Positions 10,303 to 20,460 of a stretch of 64,000 bases of DNA are shown here, in pieces. This DNA comes from a bacterium (GTDB lineage Bacteria > Electryoneota > Electryoneia > Electryoneales > Electryoneaceae). The DNA is taken from contig OY769902.1 in the NCBI GenBank assembly GCA_963669175.1, positions 3,776,001 through 3,840,000 on the forward strand, in the 5' to 3' direction. Positions within the stretch are counted from its first letter, which is position 1. Every line of letters begins with the position of its first letter. The notes under the pieces are model-generated. The model ran no database searches. It had not been told where the DNA came from and saw nothing but the letters and a program-made list of their open reading frames with translations. Position numbers and translations under genes: made by a program.

Positions 10303-10317
10303 GGGGGAGTTAAGGAT

Positions 10318-10881
10318 ATGCATTACGAAACCCGCTTTTCCGCCGTGGGAGGCCAGGGAATCATCCTGGCGGGAACGATCATCGCGGATGCATCACACCT
10401 GCAAGGGCTTTATGCGGCCGGATCTCCGACCTACACTGCACAAGTGCGTGGTGGGCCTACAAAGGTAGACGTCGTCCTGGATAACGAGCCGATTCTATTT
10501 CCACGCGCTGCGAACATCAATTTCTTCCTGTCACTCGCGACAAGAAGCTACAACATGTTTGCCAAGGATCTGGAACCGGATGTGACAATCGTGATTGATC
10601 CGAACCTGACCACTGTCCCGGATGAACATCGCAAAAAGTATACTATCTATGATGTGCCGATCATTCAGCTTACCGCTGACAAGATGGGACGCATGGTGTA
10701 TACTTCTGCTGTGGCGCTGGGAACCTGGGTCGCTCTGGCGAACGTGATCGATGAAGAATTGATCCGTGCAGCGTTGAAACGTCGCGCGCCAAAAGGCACC
10801 GAGACGTATAACATGAAAGCGCTGTCTATCGGGATCGATTACATCAAAGAATTGCAGGATGCCGGAAAGGTGAAAGCCTGA
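10318..10881 (+). CDS. korC: 2-oxoacid:ferredoxin oxidoreductase gamma subunit
   Basis: GGQGIILAG and Y.AQVRGG; operon position. Confidence 0.9.
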   Translation: MHYETRFSAVGGQGIILAGTIIADASHLQGLYAAGSPTYTAQVRGGPTKVDVVLDNEPILFPRAANINFFLSLATRSYNMFAKDLEPDVTIVIDPNLTTVPDEHRKKYTIYDVPIIQLTADKMGRMVYTSAVALGTWVALANVIDEELIRAALKRRAPKGTETYNMKALSIGIDYIKELQDAGKVKA

Positions 10882-10908
10882 CCAGATTGATTTTCGACGA
10901 GATTTCCT

Positions 10909-10942
10909 GGAGCTGGCTCAAAAGATGGGTCAGCTCCTTTTT
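10909..10942 (+). terminator. Intrinsic terminator of the kor operon
   Basis: GGAGCTGGCTCA...TGGGTCAGCTCC followed by TTTTT. Confidence 0.75.
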
Positions 10943-11009
10943 CTTATTGACAGTCATGGCGCTTCTGTCAGGATATCACAATGTCAAACGTATTATCAAA
11001 GCCGAGTTC

Positions 11010-12098
11010 TTATTCTTCAGCATTCACTTCCATTGCATCATCATTGGTAGTATTCAAACTATCCACAAAAGCGCAGATCGCATGCCCGATAACTCGATAC
11101 GCTTGCGTGTTCCAGTGTGGATCGCCTTCAACATAGAATGAGGTTCCGTGTAACTCGTATTCCTTCTTGAAAACCTGCGACACATTGAGGAAATCGCAAT
11201 TATAACGCTCGCATGCATCCTTGAGAATTCTGTTCTCCAGTTCCAATTTCTCGGGATAATTATCACTATATGGCGTCCCTCCCGCCATGATTATAGTAGC
11301 GTCAGGATTCTCTTCACGCAGGGTTCTGACAAGGTAATCGCCTATCTTTTCCCTTAACTCGATATCCGATTGATTAATCGTTCCCGGATTAATGAAAGCA
11401 GCGTTTTCTTCTGCCTCTTTCTTTTCATTCGGATTGTTCAGAATGTTCAGACGGAATCGAGCATTCAGGTATAAATACCGCAGCATTGCAGAGTATTTGA
11501 CTGTTCTCTTCAATCTAGAATAGACAAAATCGCCGACAGTGCCTTCAACGACCTCACCATCATTGATACTGAATCTTTTGCGAAATGGGACTTTCTTGGT
11601 GCTCAGTTTCAAATGCCATGGCGCAGAGAAGAAAATAAAGATATCAGGCTCATACTTATCCCGGGCAAAACGTGAAACGGCAAGGTGTTCCGACGGGACA
11701 GAATTGGAAAAGGCAAAGTTGTACACTTCATACTGATCGCCAATGCACTCTTCCACAAAATAAGCAATCTGTTCATCGATATTGGAATAAAAGCCTTCTA
11801 TGAAGGAAGATCCAAAATAAGCGATGACCGGCTTCTCGCGTTGATCAGGTGTTTTATAGTCATGATGACTCAAGAAACCTTCGTTGTTGATTTCCCAGTA
11901 ATATCTTTCATGTGGAAGTCTGCCTGTGGTAAAATAGCCACTTACAATTTCAGACGTATCATAATGCAGGAAACCATAGTCCTTGTTCTGTTCTGTAATT
12001 GGAACCTCTGTTCCGGGTACCACAAAACGGAAGAACAACTCCCCTACGATGGCAAATCCAACCCAGAACAATACCGATCTGGCGATGAAAGTTTTCAT
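11010..12098 (-). CDS. Membrane-anchored SGNH-like hydrolase/acetyltransferase (partner of the MBOAT)
   Basis: N-terminal TM helix, FGSSF (GDS-like) and DPHWN (DxH) motifs; directly downstream of the MBOAT gene. Confidence 0.65.
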   Translation of the reverse strand: MKTFIARSVLFWVGFAIVGELFFRFVVPGTEVPITEQNKDYGFLHYDTSEIVSGYFTTGRLPHERYYWEINNEGFLSHHDYKTPDQREKPVIAYFGSSFIEGFYSNIDEQIAYFVEECIGDQYEVYNFAFSNSVPSEHLAVSRFARDKYEPDIFIFFSAPWHLKLSTKKVPFRKRFSINDGEVVEGTVGDFVYSRLKRTVKYSAMLRYLYLNARFRLNILNNPNEKKEAEENAAFINPGTINQSDIELREKIGDYLVRTLREENPDATIIMAGGTPYSDNYPEKLELENRILKDACERYNCDFLNVSQVFKKEYELHGTSFYVEGDPHWNTQAYRVIGHAICAFVDSLNTTNDDAMEVNAEE

Positions 12099-12107
12099 GG
12101 CATCCTC

Positions 12108-13541
12108 CTAGAATTGGAAATAGATGAATTGTTGCGACCCGAAATTACCGAACAGAAGGATGACCAGGATAATGCCGTAATAAATCCCCCATCGTAAAAA
12201 TACTGGTAGTTCCTCTATCTGTAATCCATGTTGTTTTTTCCGTTGGAACCATTCCGCGACCAGCAACAATACGCTGAAAAGGATATTTTGGTAATAGGGG
12301 GAATAATCAAGCCCCTGATAGGGAACCTGGAACATATGCCCGATATAGTTGAAGGCATGGGTTAGCGAGCTAGCCCTGAAGAATACCCACGCCAGCAAGG
12401 CCAGATGGAATGTCAGAATCAGGCTGAAGAAGTCACTGAGAGAGGGAAAAAAGCTGTTCTCCGCAATAGTCTTCGAGAATCGTTTCTGCTTGTCACGCAA
12501 CATGATCGGTATGTAATACAGGCCGTTCACCAATCCCCAGATCACAAAAGTCCAATTGGCGCCATGCCATAAACCGCTAACCGTGAAGGTGACAATGATA
12601 TTAAACGTCCTGCGCCAGCGTCCGACATAGCTGCCACCGAGCGGGATGTAGACATAGTCACGGAACCAGCTCGACAACGAGATGTGCCATCTTCGCCAAA
12701 ATTCAGCAATATCACGTGAGAAATAGGGATAGGCGAAGTTGCGCATCAGGGAGAAACCGAACAGTCTGGCGGTACCGATAGCAATATCCGAATACCCTGA
12801 GAAGTCGCAGTAAATCTGCAGCGCAAAGAAAAACACACCTATGTAGAGAGTTATACCATCAAGAGTTTGATAGTTGGTAAAAATTACATCAATATGAGAA
12901 GCCAGGTTATCCGCAATGACAATCTTCTTCAGATATCCCCAGAGCATCTGGCGCAGACCATCACGAGCTTTATCAATCTCAAATTTGCGTTTTACCAGAA
13001 ACTGCGGCAGCAGTGCAGAAGCACGTTCGATCGGTCCAGCGACAAGCTGGGGGAAAAAGCTGACAAAAGCGAAAAAGGCAACCACATCCTTTGTTGGCTC
13101 TATCTTCTTACGGTAGATGTCAATGGTGTAGCTGAGGGTCTGGAATGTATAAAAGCTGATACCTACGGGAAGAATAATATGTAATGCCGGTATGTTGGGA
13201 TTCATGCCGAGCATACGGATTACATCCGCAAAAGAATCAATGAAAAAGTTGAAATACTTGAAGAAACCAAGGATTCCAAGATTTGTAATCAAGCTTATGA
13301 TTAGTAGAATTTTACGTGAGTTTTGTTTTTCGGTTTGCGATAAACGTAAACCAACAACATAGTCAACAACTGAACTGAAGAAGATCAGGCCAAGAAATCG
13401 CCAATCCCACCAGCCATAGAAGATGTAACTGGCAACCAGCAGGAAAGCGTTCTGCAAACGGAGATTCCGGTTCACCAGGAACCAGTAAATCCCGAATGAC
13501 AGAATCAGGAAAATTGGAAATATCAGCGAGTTGAATAACAT
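12108..13541 (-). CDS. MBOAT O-acyltransferase (AlgI/DltB-like)
   Basis: LPVGISFYTFQ, FFPQLVAGPIER, DFSGYSDIAIG, FWRRWHISLSSWFRDYVYIPLGG, GLWHGANWTF. Confidence 0.93.
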   Translation of the reverse strand: MLFNSLIFPIFLILSFGIYWFLVNRNLRLQNAFLLVASYIFYGWWDWRFLGLIFFSSVVDYVVGLRLSQTEKQNSRKILLIISLITNLGILGFFKYFNFFIDSFADVIRMLGMNPNIPALHIILPVGISFYTFQTLSYTIDIYRKKIEPTKDVVAFFAFVSFFPQLVAGPIERASALLPQFLVKRKFEIDKARDGLRQMLWGYLKKIVIADNLASHIDVIFTNYQTLDGITLYIGVFFFALQIYCDFSGYSDIAIGTARLFGFSLMRNFAYPYFSRDIAEFWRRWHISLSSWFRDYVYIPLGGSYVGRWRRTFNIIVTFTVSGLWHGANWTFVIWGLVNGLYYIPIMLRDKQKRFSKTIAENSFFPSLSDFFSLILTFHLALLAWVFFRASSLTHAFNYIGHMFQVPYQGLDYSPYYQNILFSVLLLVAEWFQRKKQHGLQIEELPVFLRWGIYYGIILVILLFGNFGSQQFIYFQF

Positions 13542-13739
13542 GCTTTATCCTTATGACAGGATCAAAAACATCAAAGACCTACCGCTGTTCAGGAATAACG
13601 TAGCGTTTGAAAAACATCCGAGAGTATACACAATAATACCCGAAAATGATAATGTTACACGGGATTCTACAACATGAACCGGAGCAGGAAAGTGACAGGG
13701 CTTACATGAATACCGGTGAGATGCGTAAAAACCATCAAA

Positions 13740-14123
13740 TCAGGATGAAAACCCACGAAGCATAACGAAGCCGATACCGAACGCTGCAAGGCCACCAAGG
13801 TTCTGAATCGTCAGGTTCCCAAAGGCACGTAAATATTGACCTGATTGCATAAGCTGGCCGGTTTCCAGGATATACGTGGAGAATGTCGTGAATGCCCCCA
13901 TAAATCCGATCAGGATCATCATACGGGCGGTTCCATTGAGGACGGTGGATTTGTCAATAATCGCCAGCATCAGGCCCGCCAGGAAACAACCGGCCAGGTT
14001 CACCGCAAGAGTTCCCCAAGGAAAGGTGAGCCCCTCTATCCTGCCCACCAGCACTGTCAACCCATACCGTGCCAGTGTGCCCAGTCCGCCAGCCAGTACC
14101 AGCAAGAATAGCTTCTGCAACAT
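13740..14123 (-). CDS. crcB: Fluoride efflux channel Fluc/CrcB
   Basis: GGLGTLARY, FPWGTLAVN, GFMGAFTTFST. Confidence 0.93.
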   Translation of the reverse strand: MLQKLFLLVLAGGLGTLARYGLTVLVGRIEGLTFPWGTLAVNLAGCFLAGLMLAIIDKSTVLNGTARMMILIGFMGAFTTFSTYILETGQLMQSGQYLRAFGNLTIQNLGGLAAFGIGFVMLRGFSS

Positions 14124-14242
14124 CCGTCTGTATCCCGTGTTCGAAAATATTCGGCAAAGATAGACTATATTGCTGCCTGTGAGCAACCTGAAAAAGGAAT
14201 TTCGACTCCGTGAAAGAAAACCACTGAAGAAGCTTCCACCGG

Positions 14243-15691
14243 TCAGGACACTACTCTCCTGAGCCTCTTCACCGGAATGTTAAGCTGTTCGCGGTATTTC
14301 TGCACGGTGCGGCGTGCGATGGGGAAGCCGGCCTCGGCCATAAGGTCAGCAATTTTCTGGTCGGAAAGGGGTTTGGACTTGTTTTCCTGCTCGATGATTT
14401 CTTTCAGCTTGGCTTTGATTGTACGGGTAGCGACCTCTTCCCCGTCCGCTGTCTCCATACGGTCGTTGAAATAGTACTTGAGCTCAAACACGCCATAGGG
14501 TGTCTGTACATACTTGTCACGAGTAACACGGCTGATGGTCGAGATATCCATCTCAATCATGTCCGCGATATCCTGCAGAATCATCGGTTTCAGATCGATT
14601 TCCTTGCCGCTCCTGAACCAGTCATACTGGCGTTCCACGATCGCACGCATGGTACGGACCATTGTGGTGCGGCGCTGCATGATCGCATTGACAAACCAGC
14701 GAGCGCTTTCCGCTTTCTGGATCGCAAATTCACGCGCTTTCTTATCGCCGTCACTCTTGGACAGGATGAGCTTCTTCAGTTCGTCATTTATATAGAAACT
14801 GGGGATATTTCCGTCATTCAGGGTTACGATGAACTCATCCCCCACTTCTTCGACCACCAGGTCTGGGATGACATAGTTCATCTTTTCATCGATCACGCCT
14901 TCACCCGGCTTGGGATTCAGCTTGACAATACGGTCAAACGCTTCCTGAACCTCGATCAGTTCTATTCCCAACCCTGAAGCGATCGTTTCGTACCTGCGAT
15001 TGACAAATTCATCGTAATAATTTTCCAGAATTCTATAGGCGTTGGTGTCGGTCTCGTACAGGACTTCCAGTTGGATCATCAGGCATTCGCGCAGATCTCG
15101 TGCTGCGATTCCTGGCGGATCATACCGCTGGATGCGATAGAGAACTTCTTCAACCTCTTCTTCATCCACATGCGCAAGTTCTGCGATCAGTTCAACAGGC
15201 GCATCGAGGTAGCCACGCGTATCCAGGCTGCCAATGATGTACTCACCAATATGCACCTGCTGATCAGTCATACGATCAAGGCGAAGTTGTTCGGTTAAGC
15301 TGTCGGTAAGAGTTGTAACGTCTGCCTGCGGGATCTCTACGGGCTCAGTAATCTGGCGATTCGCCCGGTACTCCATTTGGTCGTCTTCATCATTGAGAAT
15401 AGTTTCCCAGTCGACATCTTCATCTTCCTTCTGGGATTCCTTGGCCTCAGCGTCCTCACCGTTCTTTTCAGCGTCAACGACTTCCTGGCTTGCAAGACGA
15501 TCGTCCGGGGCCTCCGTATCGAGGTGTTGTTCTTCCTCTTCCAACTCCTCCAGCAGTGGATTCTGTTCAAACTCCTGCTGGAATCGTTGTTCGAGCATGA
15601 TCAGGGGTAGCTGGATCAGTTCACTCCGCAGGATCTGCTGCGGCTGAAGTACCTGTTCCTGCTTTAAACGAATTTCCTGACGTAACAACAT
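14243..15691 (-). CDS. rpoN: RNA polymerase sigma-54 factor
   Basis: Gln-rich region I, STISRVT HTH, RpoN box ARRTVQKYRE. Confidence 0.97.
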   Translation of the reverse strand: MLLRQEIRLKQEQVLQPQQILRSELIQLPLIMLEQRFQQEFEQNPLLEELEEEEQHLDTEAPDDRLASQEVVDAEKNGEDAEAKESQKEDEDVDWETILNDEDDQMEYRANRQITEPVEIPQADVTTLTDSLTEQLRLDRMTDQQVHIGEYIIGSLDTRGYLDAPVELIAELAHVDEEEVEEVLYRIQRYDPPGIAARDLRECLMIQLEVLYETDTNAYRILENYYDEFVNRRYETIASGLGIELIEVQEAFDRIVKLNPKPGEGVIDEKMNYVIPDLVVEEVGDEFIVTLNDGNIPSFYINDELKKLILSKSDGDKKAREFAIQKAESARWFVNAIMQRRTTMVRTMRAIVERQYDWFRSGKEIDLKPMILQDIADMIEMDISTISRVTRDKYVQTPYGVFELKYYFNDRMETADGEEVATRTIKAKLKEIIEQENKSKPLSDQKIADLMAEAGFPIARRTVQKYREQLNIPVKRLRRVVS

Positions 15692-15851
15692 TGTCGAGTA
15701 CCAACTCCCGTTTCTATCGACCTCCTCGAGCCCCTCCCTGCGCCACCCCTAAACGTAGTGATCTGAAAGCGATTTTCCAATCCCCTCGAGTGCTTCAGAG
15801 CCTTCGCAGTGGGGTTTTAGAGACCGGACGACTCAACTTGAGATCAAGAAG

Positions 15852-15864
15852 AATCAACAACTTA
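15852..15864. promoter_or_regulatory. IHF-binding consensus match
   Basis: AATCAACAACTTA matches WATCAANNNNTTR exactly; lies in the lptB-rpoN spacer. Confidence 0.45.
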
Positions 15865-15898
15865 GTCGAAAGTCGCAAAAATGGTGAATGCGAACGGG

Positions 15899-15913
15899 GC
15901 AATCATTATGCCA
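15899..15913 (-). promoter_or_regulatory. Sigma-54 (-24/-12) promoter upstream of rpoN
   Basis: Minus strand reads TGGCAT-AATGA-TTGC with correct GG-N10-GC spacing. Confidence 0.7.
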
Positions 15914-15915
15914 GC

Positions 15916-16659
15916 CTAACGATTTAACTTGAATTTTTCGCCAAGATATAAGCGCCGCGCTTCCGGGTCGGATGCGAGGTGTTCGCTGGTTCCCGATTTC
16001 AGGATTCGGCCCTCATACAGGAGGTAGGCACGGTCTGTAATTTCCAGTGTTTCATGCACATTATGGTCTGTGATCAGTACACCGATACCGCGATCCTTCA
16101 ACCTCCTGACAATTTCCTGGATATCTGCAACGGCAATCGGGTCAACCCCGGCGAAGGGTTCGTCGAGGAGAATGAACTTGGGATCGGTGACCAGGGAACG
16201 CGCAATCTCCGTACGACGCCTTTCCCCACCGGACAAGTTATAGGCCTTGCTTTTTCGAATATGCGTGATCGACAATTCTTCCAGCAGACGCTCACACTTT
16301 TCCCGTCGCTGTGACCGGTTCAACGGCAGGGTTTCCAGAATCGCCATGAGGTTCTGCTCAACCGTCATCTTCCTGAAAATGGAAGCTTCCTGCGCCAGGT
16401 AGGCAATGCCCCTGCGGGCACGCTGATACATCCGTTTGCGGGTGATATCCTCCTCGTCCAGTTCAATTTTCCCTGAATTCGGCTGAATCAGGCCAACGAT
16501 CATATAAAAGGTGGTGGTTTTACCCGCGCCATTCGGCCCCAGCAATCCTACGATTTCTCCCTGGCTGACGCCGAGGGAAACATTGTTCACCACGGTACGC
16601 TTGCCATAGATTTTGATAAGGCTATTGCCCGACAATGTTGAAGAGATTGCTGGTTCCAC
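15916..16659 (-). CDS. lptB: LPS export ABC ATPase
   Basis: [42 protein letters not shown]. Confidence 0.96.
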   Translation of the reverse strand: MEPAISSTLSGNSLIKIYGKRTVVNNVSLGVSQGEIVGLLGPNGAGKTTTFYMIVGLIQPNSGKIELDEEDITRKRMYQRARRGIAYLAQEASIFRKMTVEQNLMAILETLPLNRSQRREKCERLLEELSITHIRKSKAYNLSGGERRRTEIARSLVTDPKFILLDEPFAGVDPIAVADIQEIVRRLKDRGIGVLITDHNVHETLEITDRAYLLYEGRILKSGTSEHLASDPEARRLYLGEKFKLNR

Positions 16660-16661
16660 GT

Positions 16662-17879
16662 TTACTTTTCCTTCCGTACTTTTTCCGCCAGTCTTGGAGG
16701 ATAGAATGTTCCTTCCGTACCACCGGAAACGTGTATCTCGTCCAGCGCGTTATTCTTAAAATACAGCACGATTCTGTCACCGCTGGTCTGGTTGGAGCCT
16801 TTATCCAACCCTGATTCGAAGATATGATAGGTAGCTCGCGCCTGTTCATCCGCTTGCATACGCGCCACCACACCATCTTCGAAATCCATGACAATACGCT
16901 GCCCGGTCATCAGGCTCCTGGGCGCGCCTTCGATGGTATCGGCGGCAGTGTAGGCTCGTGCATTCAGGATCACCACGACAGAATCCGGTTTGTCGCCATC
17001 CAGGTAAATCCAGATAGAATCCCCACGCGCTTCATCTCGTTCCCGCCAGACGACCGGCTCCTTGAACAACAAGGCCTTGCCCTCATCCGGGTAATAGAAC
17101 ATACGTCCACAATGACCACGCAGGTTGTCCCAGTTCAAATAGACAGAATCTCGCGCTTCTGCGATCCCGGCTTCTCCATTATACGCCATGAAACGGCTTT
17201 CTATCCGGGCGATCTCTTCACCGGTTGAATCAAGCTGGATCAGGACAGGTTCAACAGGCACTTCAGCCCTCTCCTGGGCGATCTCATAGATGCCTTCATC
17301 GCCAGTGAGAACAATATCGCGTCGCCAGTCTTCGATTCGCATGTCCTGGTAGACATGGGCAATATCATATTCCTGCAGGTATACGCCACGTTGTGTGGTC
17401 AGTTTGACAGAATCACGGTACATGACCACATTGCCGGTTGCTTCAGTACGCTGCTCGTTGATCTGGTAAATAACTTCATCCGCATCCAGGCGACGAAGCG
17501 GATCAATCATGATCACCTGGCCAATCAACCGCAATTTGTCAATCCGCTGCCAGTGAAACGCCTTGTCGCACCAGACTGTCATGGAATCCTGGATCAGCTT
17601 CACATCCCAGTCAAAGATGGTTACCAGCCCACTGCCACGATCTTCCTGTTTTACTTCACGCGCCCGCAGCAGTTTCACCGCGCCCAGGGTGCTGCGGCCA
17701 TAGCCTTTATAGATACCACGATCAGGATTGCGTGTTGTATCCGTATTCTGGGGATTCAGTACATTTTCGCTTCTGAATTTCTTTGTTCTCGTACCAACAT
17801 CAAATGGCCCCTGCGAAAGGGCAATACCGGCAAGCAGGAAGGAAGTAAGGATAGCGAATATGTTCAGACACCGTTTCAT
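16662..17879 (-). CDS. LptA/OstA-like beta-jellyroll periplasmic protein
   Basis: Signal peptide, repeated OstA-like strands ([18 protein letters not shown]); located between lptC and lptB. Confidence 0.75.
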   Translation of the reverse strand: MKRCLNIFAILTSFLLAGIALSQGPFDVGTRTKKFRSENVLNPQNTDTTRNPDRGIYKGYGRSTLGAVKLLRAREVKQEDRGSGLVTIFDWDVKLIQDSMTVWCDKAFHWQRIDKLRLIGQVIMIDPLRRLDADEVIYQINEQRTEATGNVVMYRDSVKLTTQRGVYLQEYDIAHVYQDMRIEDWRRDIVLTGDEGIYEIAQERAEVPVEPVLIQLDSTGEEIARIESRFMAYNGEAGIAEARDSVYLNWDNLRGHCGRMFYYPDEGKALLFKEPVVWRERDEARGDSIWIYLDGDKPDSVVVILNARAYTAADTIEGAPRSLMTGQRIVMDFEDGVVARMQADEQARATYHIFESGLDKGSNQTSGDRIVLYFKNNALDEIHVSGGTEGTFYPPRLAEKVRKEK

Positions 17880-18652
17880 TCCAGTGTATCCTTTTTCGTT
17901 GAATCCGGAACGGAATTGAAAGGATTCACCGGTACTCTGCCGGTTCTGATCGTATCCACATGTGTAGAATCCACCGCCAAGGCATCAATCTGTTCAGTTT
18001 GTGAACTGTCCGGTTGCTGTGGGGCTTGTGTTGCCGGCTTACGATCAGTTTCGAAGAATGGTGTAATCGATGCTCGTGGCGCCCCGTTCGACATATCACG
18101 TTCCACGCTTCGCCAGGTGACACCGGACGCATTGGTCAGCCTTCGCTGTTTCAAATCTTCCGTAGCAACCAGACCGTCCCCGTACAGCGTGTCTTCCTCA
18201 GTAATCAGTGTTACTGTCGTATCACTCCGAATCAGGTGATCGGCATCGGCCCATTGCAGACGTTCGGTGTAAAGTGTAAGCCCGGAGTCTGTTTCCACGA
18301 TCACATTGCTGAACGCTTCCATCTCTTTCCCGTTGCGGAGCACGGAGCCGGAATCGGCTGTAAGAACTGTGCCCGGGTATCCATCACGGTAAAAAGTGAT
18401 CTTGATTCCGCCGAAAAGGTCCGCACGGCTAACAACTTCATATCGATAAATAACCGGTGCAAACAGGACAAAGGTCGTGTCTGCATTCTTGGTATGGACA
18501 AGGGTTGCCTCCGTGAACTCCTGTGAGGGCAAGGAGTTACGCACATCCTGATCCGCCAGTTGCGGACCGGTATCAATGTCCGCGCATCCTGTCAGGCTCA
18601 GAATAGCCAACGGAAGCAGCAATAAAATGATATGTCTGGTATATCGAAGCAT
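17876..18652 (-). CDS. lptC: LPS export protein LptC (lipoprotein type)
   Basis: LTGC lipobox, LTADSG, LYTERLQW, IRSDTTV; position in the lpt cluster. Confidence 0.8.
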   Translation of the reverse strand: MLRYTRHIILLLLPLAILSLTGCADIDTGPQLADQDVRNSLPSQEFTEATLVHTKNADTTFVLFAPVIYRYEVVSRADLFGGIKITFYRDGYPGTVLTADSGSVLRNGKEMEAFSNVIVETDSGLTLYTERLQWADADHLIRSDTTVTLITEEDTLYGDGLVATEDLKQRRLTNASGVTWRSVERDMSNGAPRASITPFFETDRKPATQAPQQPDSSQTEQIDALAVDSTHVDTIRTGRVPVNPFNSVPDSTKKDTLE

Positions 18653-18671
18653 AGTACCTGTCAAAATACAA

Positions 18672-18733
18672 AAGCCGAACCCCCATGTACACCCATGGAG
18701 GTCCGGCAAAAAAATCGCTTATCGCGAGGCGAT
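18672..18733 (-). terminator. Tandem hairpins with U-tracts after the OMP gene
   Basis: Minus strand ATCGCCTCGCGATAAGCGAT-T7, then GCCGGACCTCCATGG...CATGGGGGTTCGGC-TTTT. Confidence 0.6.
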
Positions 18734-18735
18734 GT

Positions 18736-19311
18736 CTAGAAGTGGAAAACCTTCAGACCGACCATCAGACCCATCTGGTTGCCATCAACGGCGTCGCCAC
18801 CATCAGGTGTGAAGCTATCCATGTCATAATGGATCAAACCGTAGATGCCAACGTGCTCGTTCAGCGGTACATCATAGCCAACACCAAGCATCAGTCTTGT
18901 GAAGCTGTCGCTGCCATCGGTTGTACCATTGTCGAAGCTCATGGAATTGTAGAGATAGGACAGGTGGCCATAAGGATGGCCCGGGCCGAGTTCCAGCGGG
19001 AAATAGTAGTTCACGAACGGGCCAAGACCGAAAGTACCGTTCGAGACATCACCCTGGGAATGGGAAGAGAATTCCAACGAGGCACCTACAACCAAGCCGT
19101 CCATGATGAAGTAACCAAGATCAGGATGGATGGAGAAATCGGTTGAACCATCGCCATCGGTGTTTTCGTAATAATCACCACTGGTGGTCTTAAAACTGAA
19201 GCCACCGCCCAATTCCCACGAGCCCTTCATCAATGCATCCGGCATATCGCCGGCCATGGCGAAACCTGCCGCCATCATCACGCCGAGTACAACTGCTACG
19301 ATCTTCTTCAT
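18736..19311 (-). CDS. Outer-membrane beta-barrel protein
   Basis: GGAGG RBS, signal peptide MKKIVAVV...AMA, amphipathic strands, terminal Phe. Confidence 0.85.
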   Translation of the reverse strand: MKKIVAVVLGVMMAAGFAMAGDMPDALMKGSWELGGGFSFKTTSGDYYENTDGDGSTDFSIHPDLGYFIMDGLVVGASLEFSSHSQGDVSNGTFGLGPFVNYYFPLELGPGHPYGHLSYLYNSMSFDNGTTDGSDSFTRLMLGVGYDVPLNEHVGIYGLIHYDMDSFTPDGGDAVDGNQMGLMVGLKVFHF

Positions 19312-19585
19312 GTTTCCTCCTTGTGTTAACTCTGGGATTGTCCCAGTAACGCCCACATGTTCTTTACTGTTGTTACCTTCTGCTTTTCCGACTTGCCGCA
19401 AAGTGTACTATCTTCACTGCAGCAGTAAAGTGATCCAGATCAACAGTACACCACACCAAAAGTCTAAAAACACCAAACAACCACTATCTTCCACTACTCA
19501 ACTATAGAACTACATCCTACATTATTATAGACTATCAATCACTTTAACACCTTATCCTTATCAAACACCGCCAACAGTATTTCAT

Positions 19586-19618
19586 AATTCTTAATTCCTA
19601 ATTCCTAATTCCTAATTA
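19586..19618. repeat. Heptamer tandem repeat TAATTC(C/T)
   Basis: taattct taattcc taattcc taattcc taatt directly after the kdsC stop. Confidence 0.8.
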
Positions 19619-19620
19619 TC

Positions 19621-20181
19621 TTAAAGTCCTCCCCTTTCATCATGTTCAATCTTATACAATACATTCTCCCATTGTCCCTTGGCCTTCACGACAGCCTCAA
19701 CCACCTCCCGTACGACACCTTTCCCGCCCGTCACTTCGGTAATCGCATCCACCTCGGCAACCACATCCGTGTGACCATCGGCCGGAGCTACAGAGACACC
19801 CACCCGTCGCAACACAGGGAGGTCAAAAAGATCATCACCAATGTAGAGGGTTTTGTCTTCGGGGAGGCCGGTTTCTGCAAGTATCTCTTCATAGAACCCG
19901 ACTTTTTGAAAGTGGCCGCCTTTGATCAGGGTGATATTGAACTTCTCCAAGCGACGTTTGACCATATCCGCCACGTTCCCGGTCAGGCACCCCAGCTCGA
20001 TTCCGGCAACTCGAGCAAGCACAAAGCCAAATCCGTCCCGCATGGAAAATGCCTTGAACGCCATCCCTTCGCTATCGAAGTAGGCCGACCCATCTGTCAA
20101 GACACCATCCACATCGAAAATAAGAAGTTCTATGTTCGCCAGTCGATCCACTAAAGATGGATCGCTCACCCTCACTGGCAT
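19621..20181 (-). CDS. kdsC: KDO-8-phosphate phosphatase (HAD family)
   Basis: FDVDGVLTDG, RDGFG, YIGDDLFDLP, GGKGVVRE; AGGAGG RBS. Confidence 0.92.
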   Translation of the reverse strand: MPVRVSDPSLVDRLANIELLIFDVDGVLTDGSAYFDSEGMAFKAFSMRDGFGFVLARVAGIELGCLTGNVADMVKRRLEKFNITLIKGGHFQKVGFYEEILAETGLPEDKTLYIGDDLFDLPVLRRVGVSVAPADGHTDVVAEVDAITEVTGGKGVVREVVEAVVKAKGQWENVLYKIEHDERGGL

Positions 20182-20213
20182 CCTATCCCCTCCTTGGTCT
20201 GACAATTGCACAA

Positions 20214-20242
20214 AAGGTAAACACCCCGGTTCTATTCGTCAA
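20214..20242 (-). promoter_or_regulatory. Putative sigma70 promoter of kdsC
   Basis: TTGACG-N17-TACCTT on the minus strand. Confidence 0.55.
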
Positions 20243-20460
20243 GAGGGAAAGTGAAATTTTCAAAAGAATACTTCGCGTTGAAACGCACTAAACTATTGAG
20301 AGCATAGAAGTAAAATATCCAACGACTCGTAATGCGAAGTTATTTCTCCATCAAAACCTCTTAATTTCAAGAAAAAGAGGAACCTGCAAAATACTTGGCG
20401 ACTGCCAGATGAGCGGGGAAAGCTGTTATATTGACAGAGGAAAACGAGGACAGAAAGCAC

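Noticed and set aside
14124-14242. Fluoride riboswitch upstream of crcB
   Set aside because: No GGCGAUGG...CGCC / GCU.AUGAC-type consensus is visible on the minus strand.
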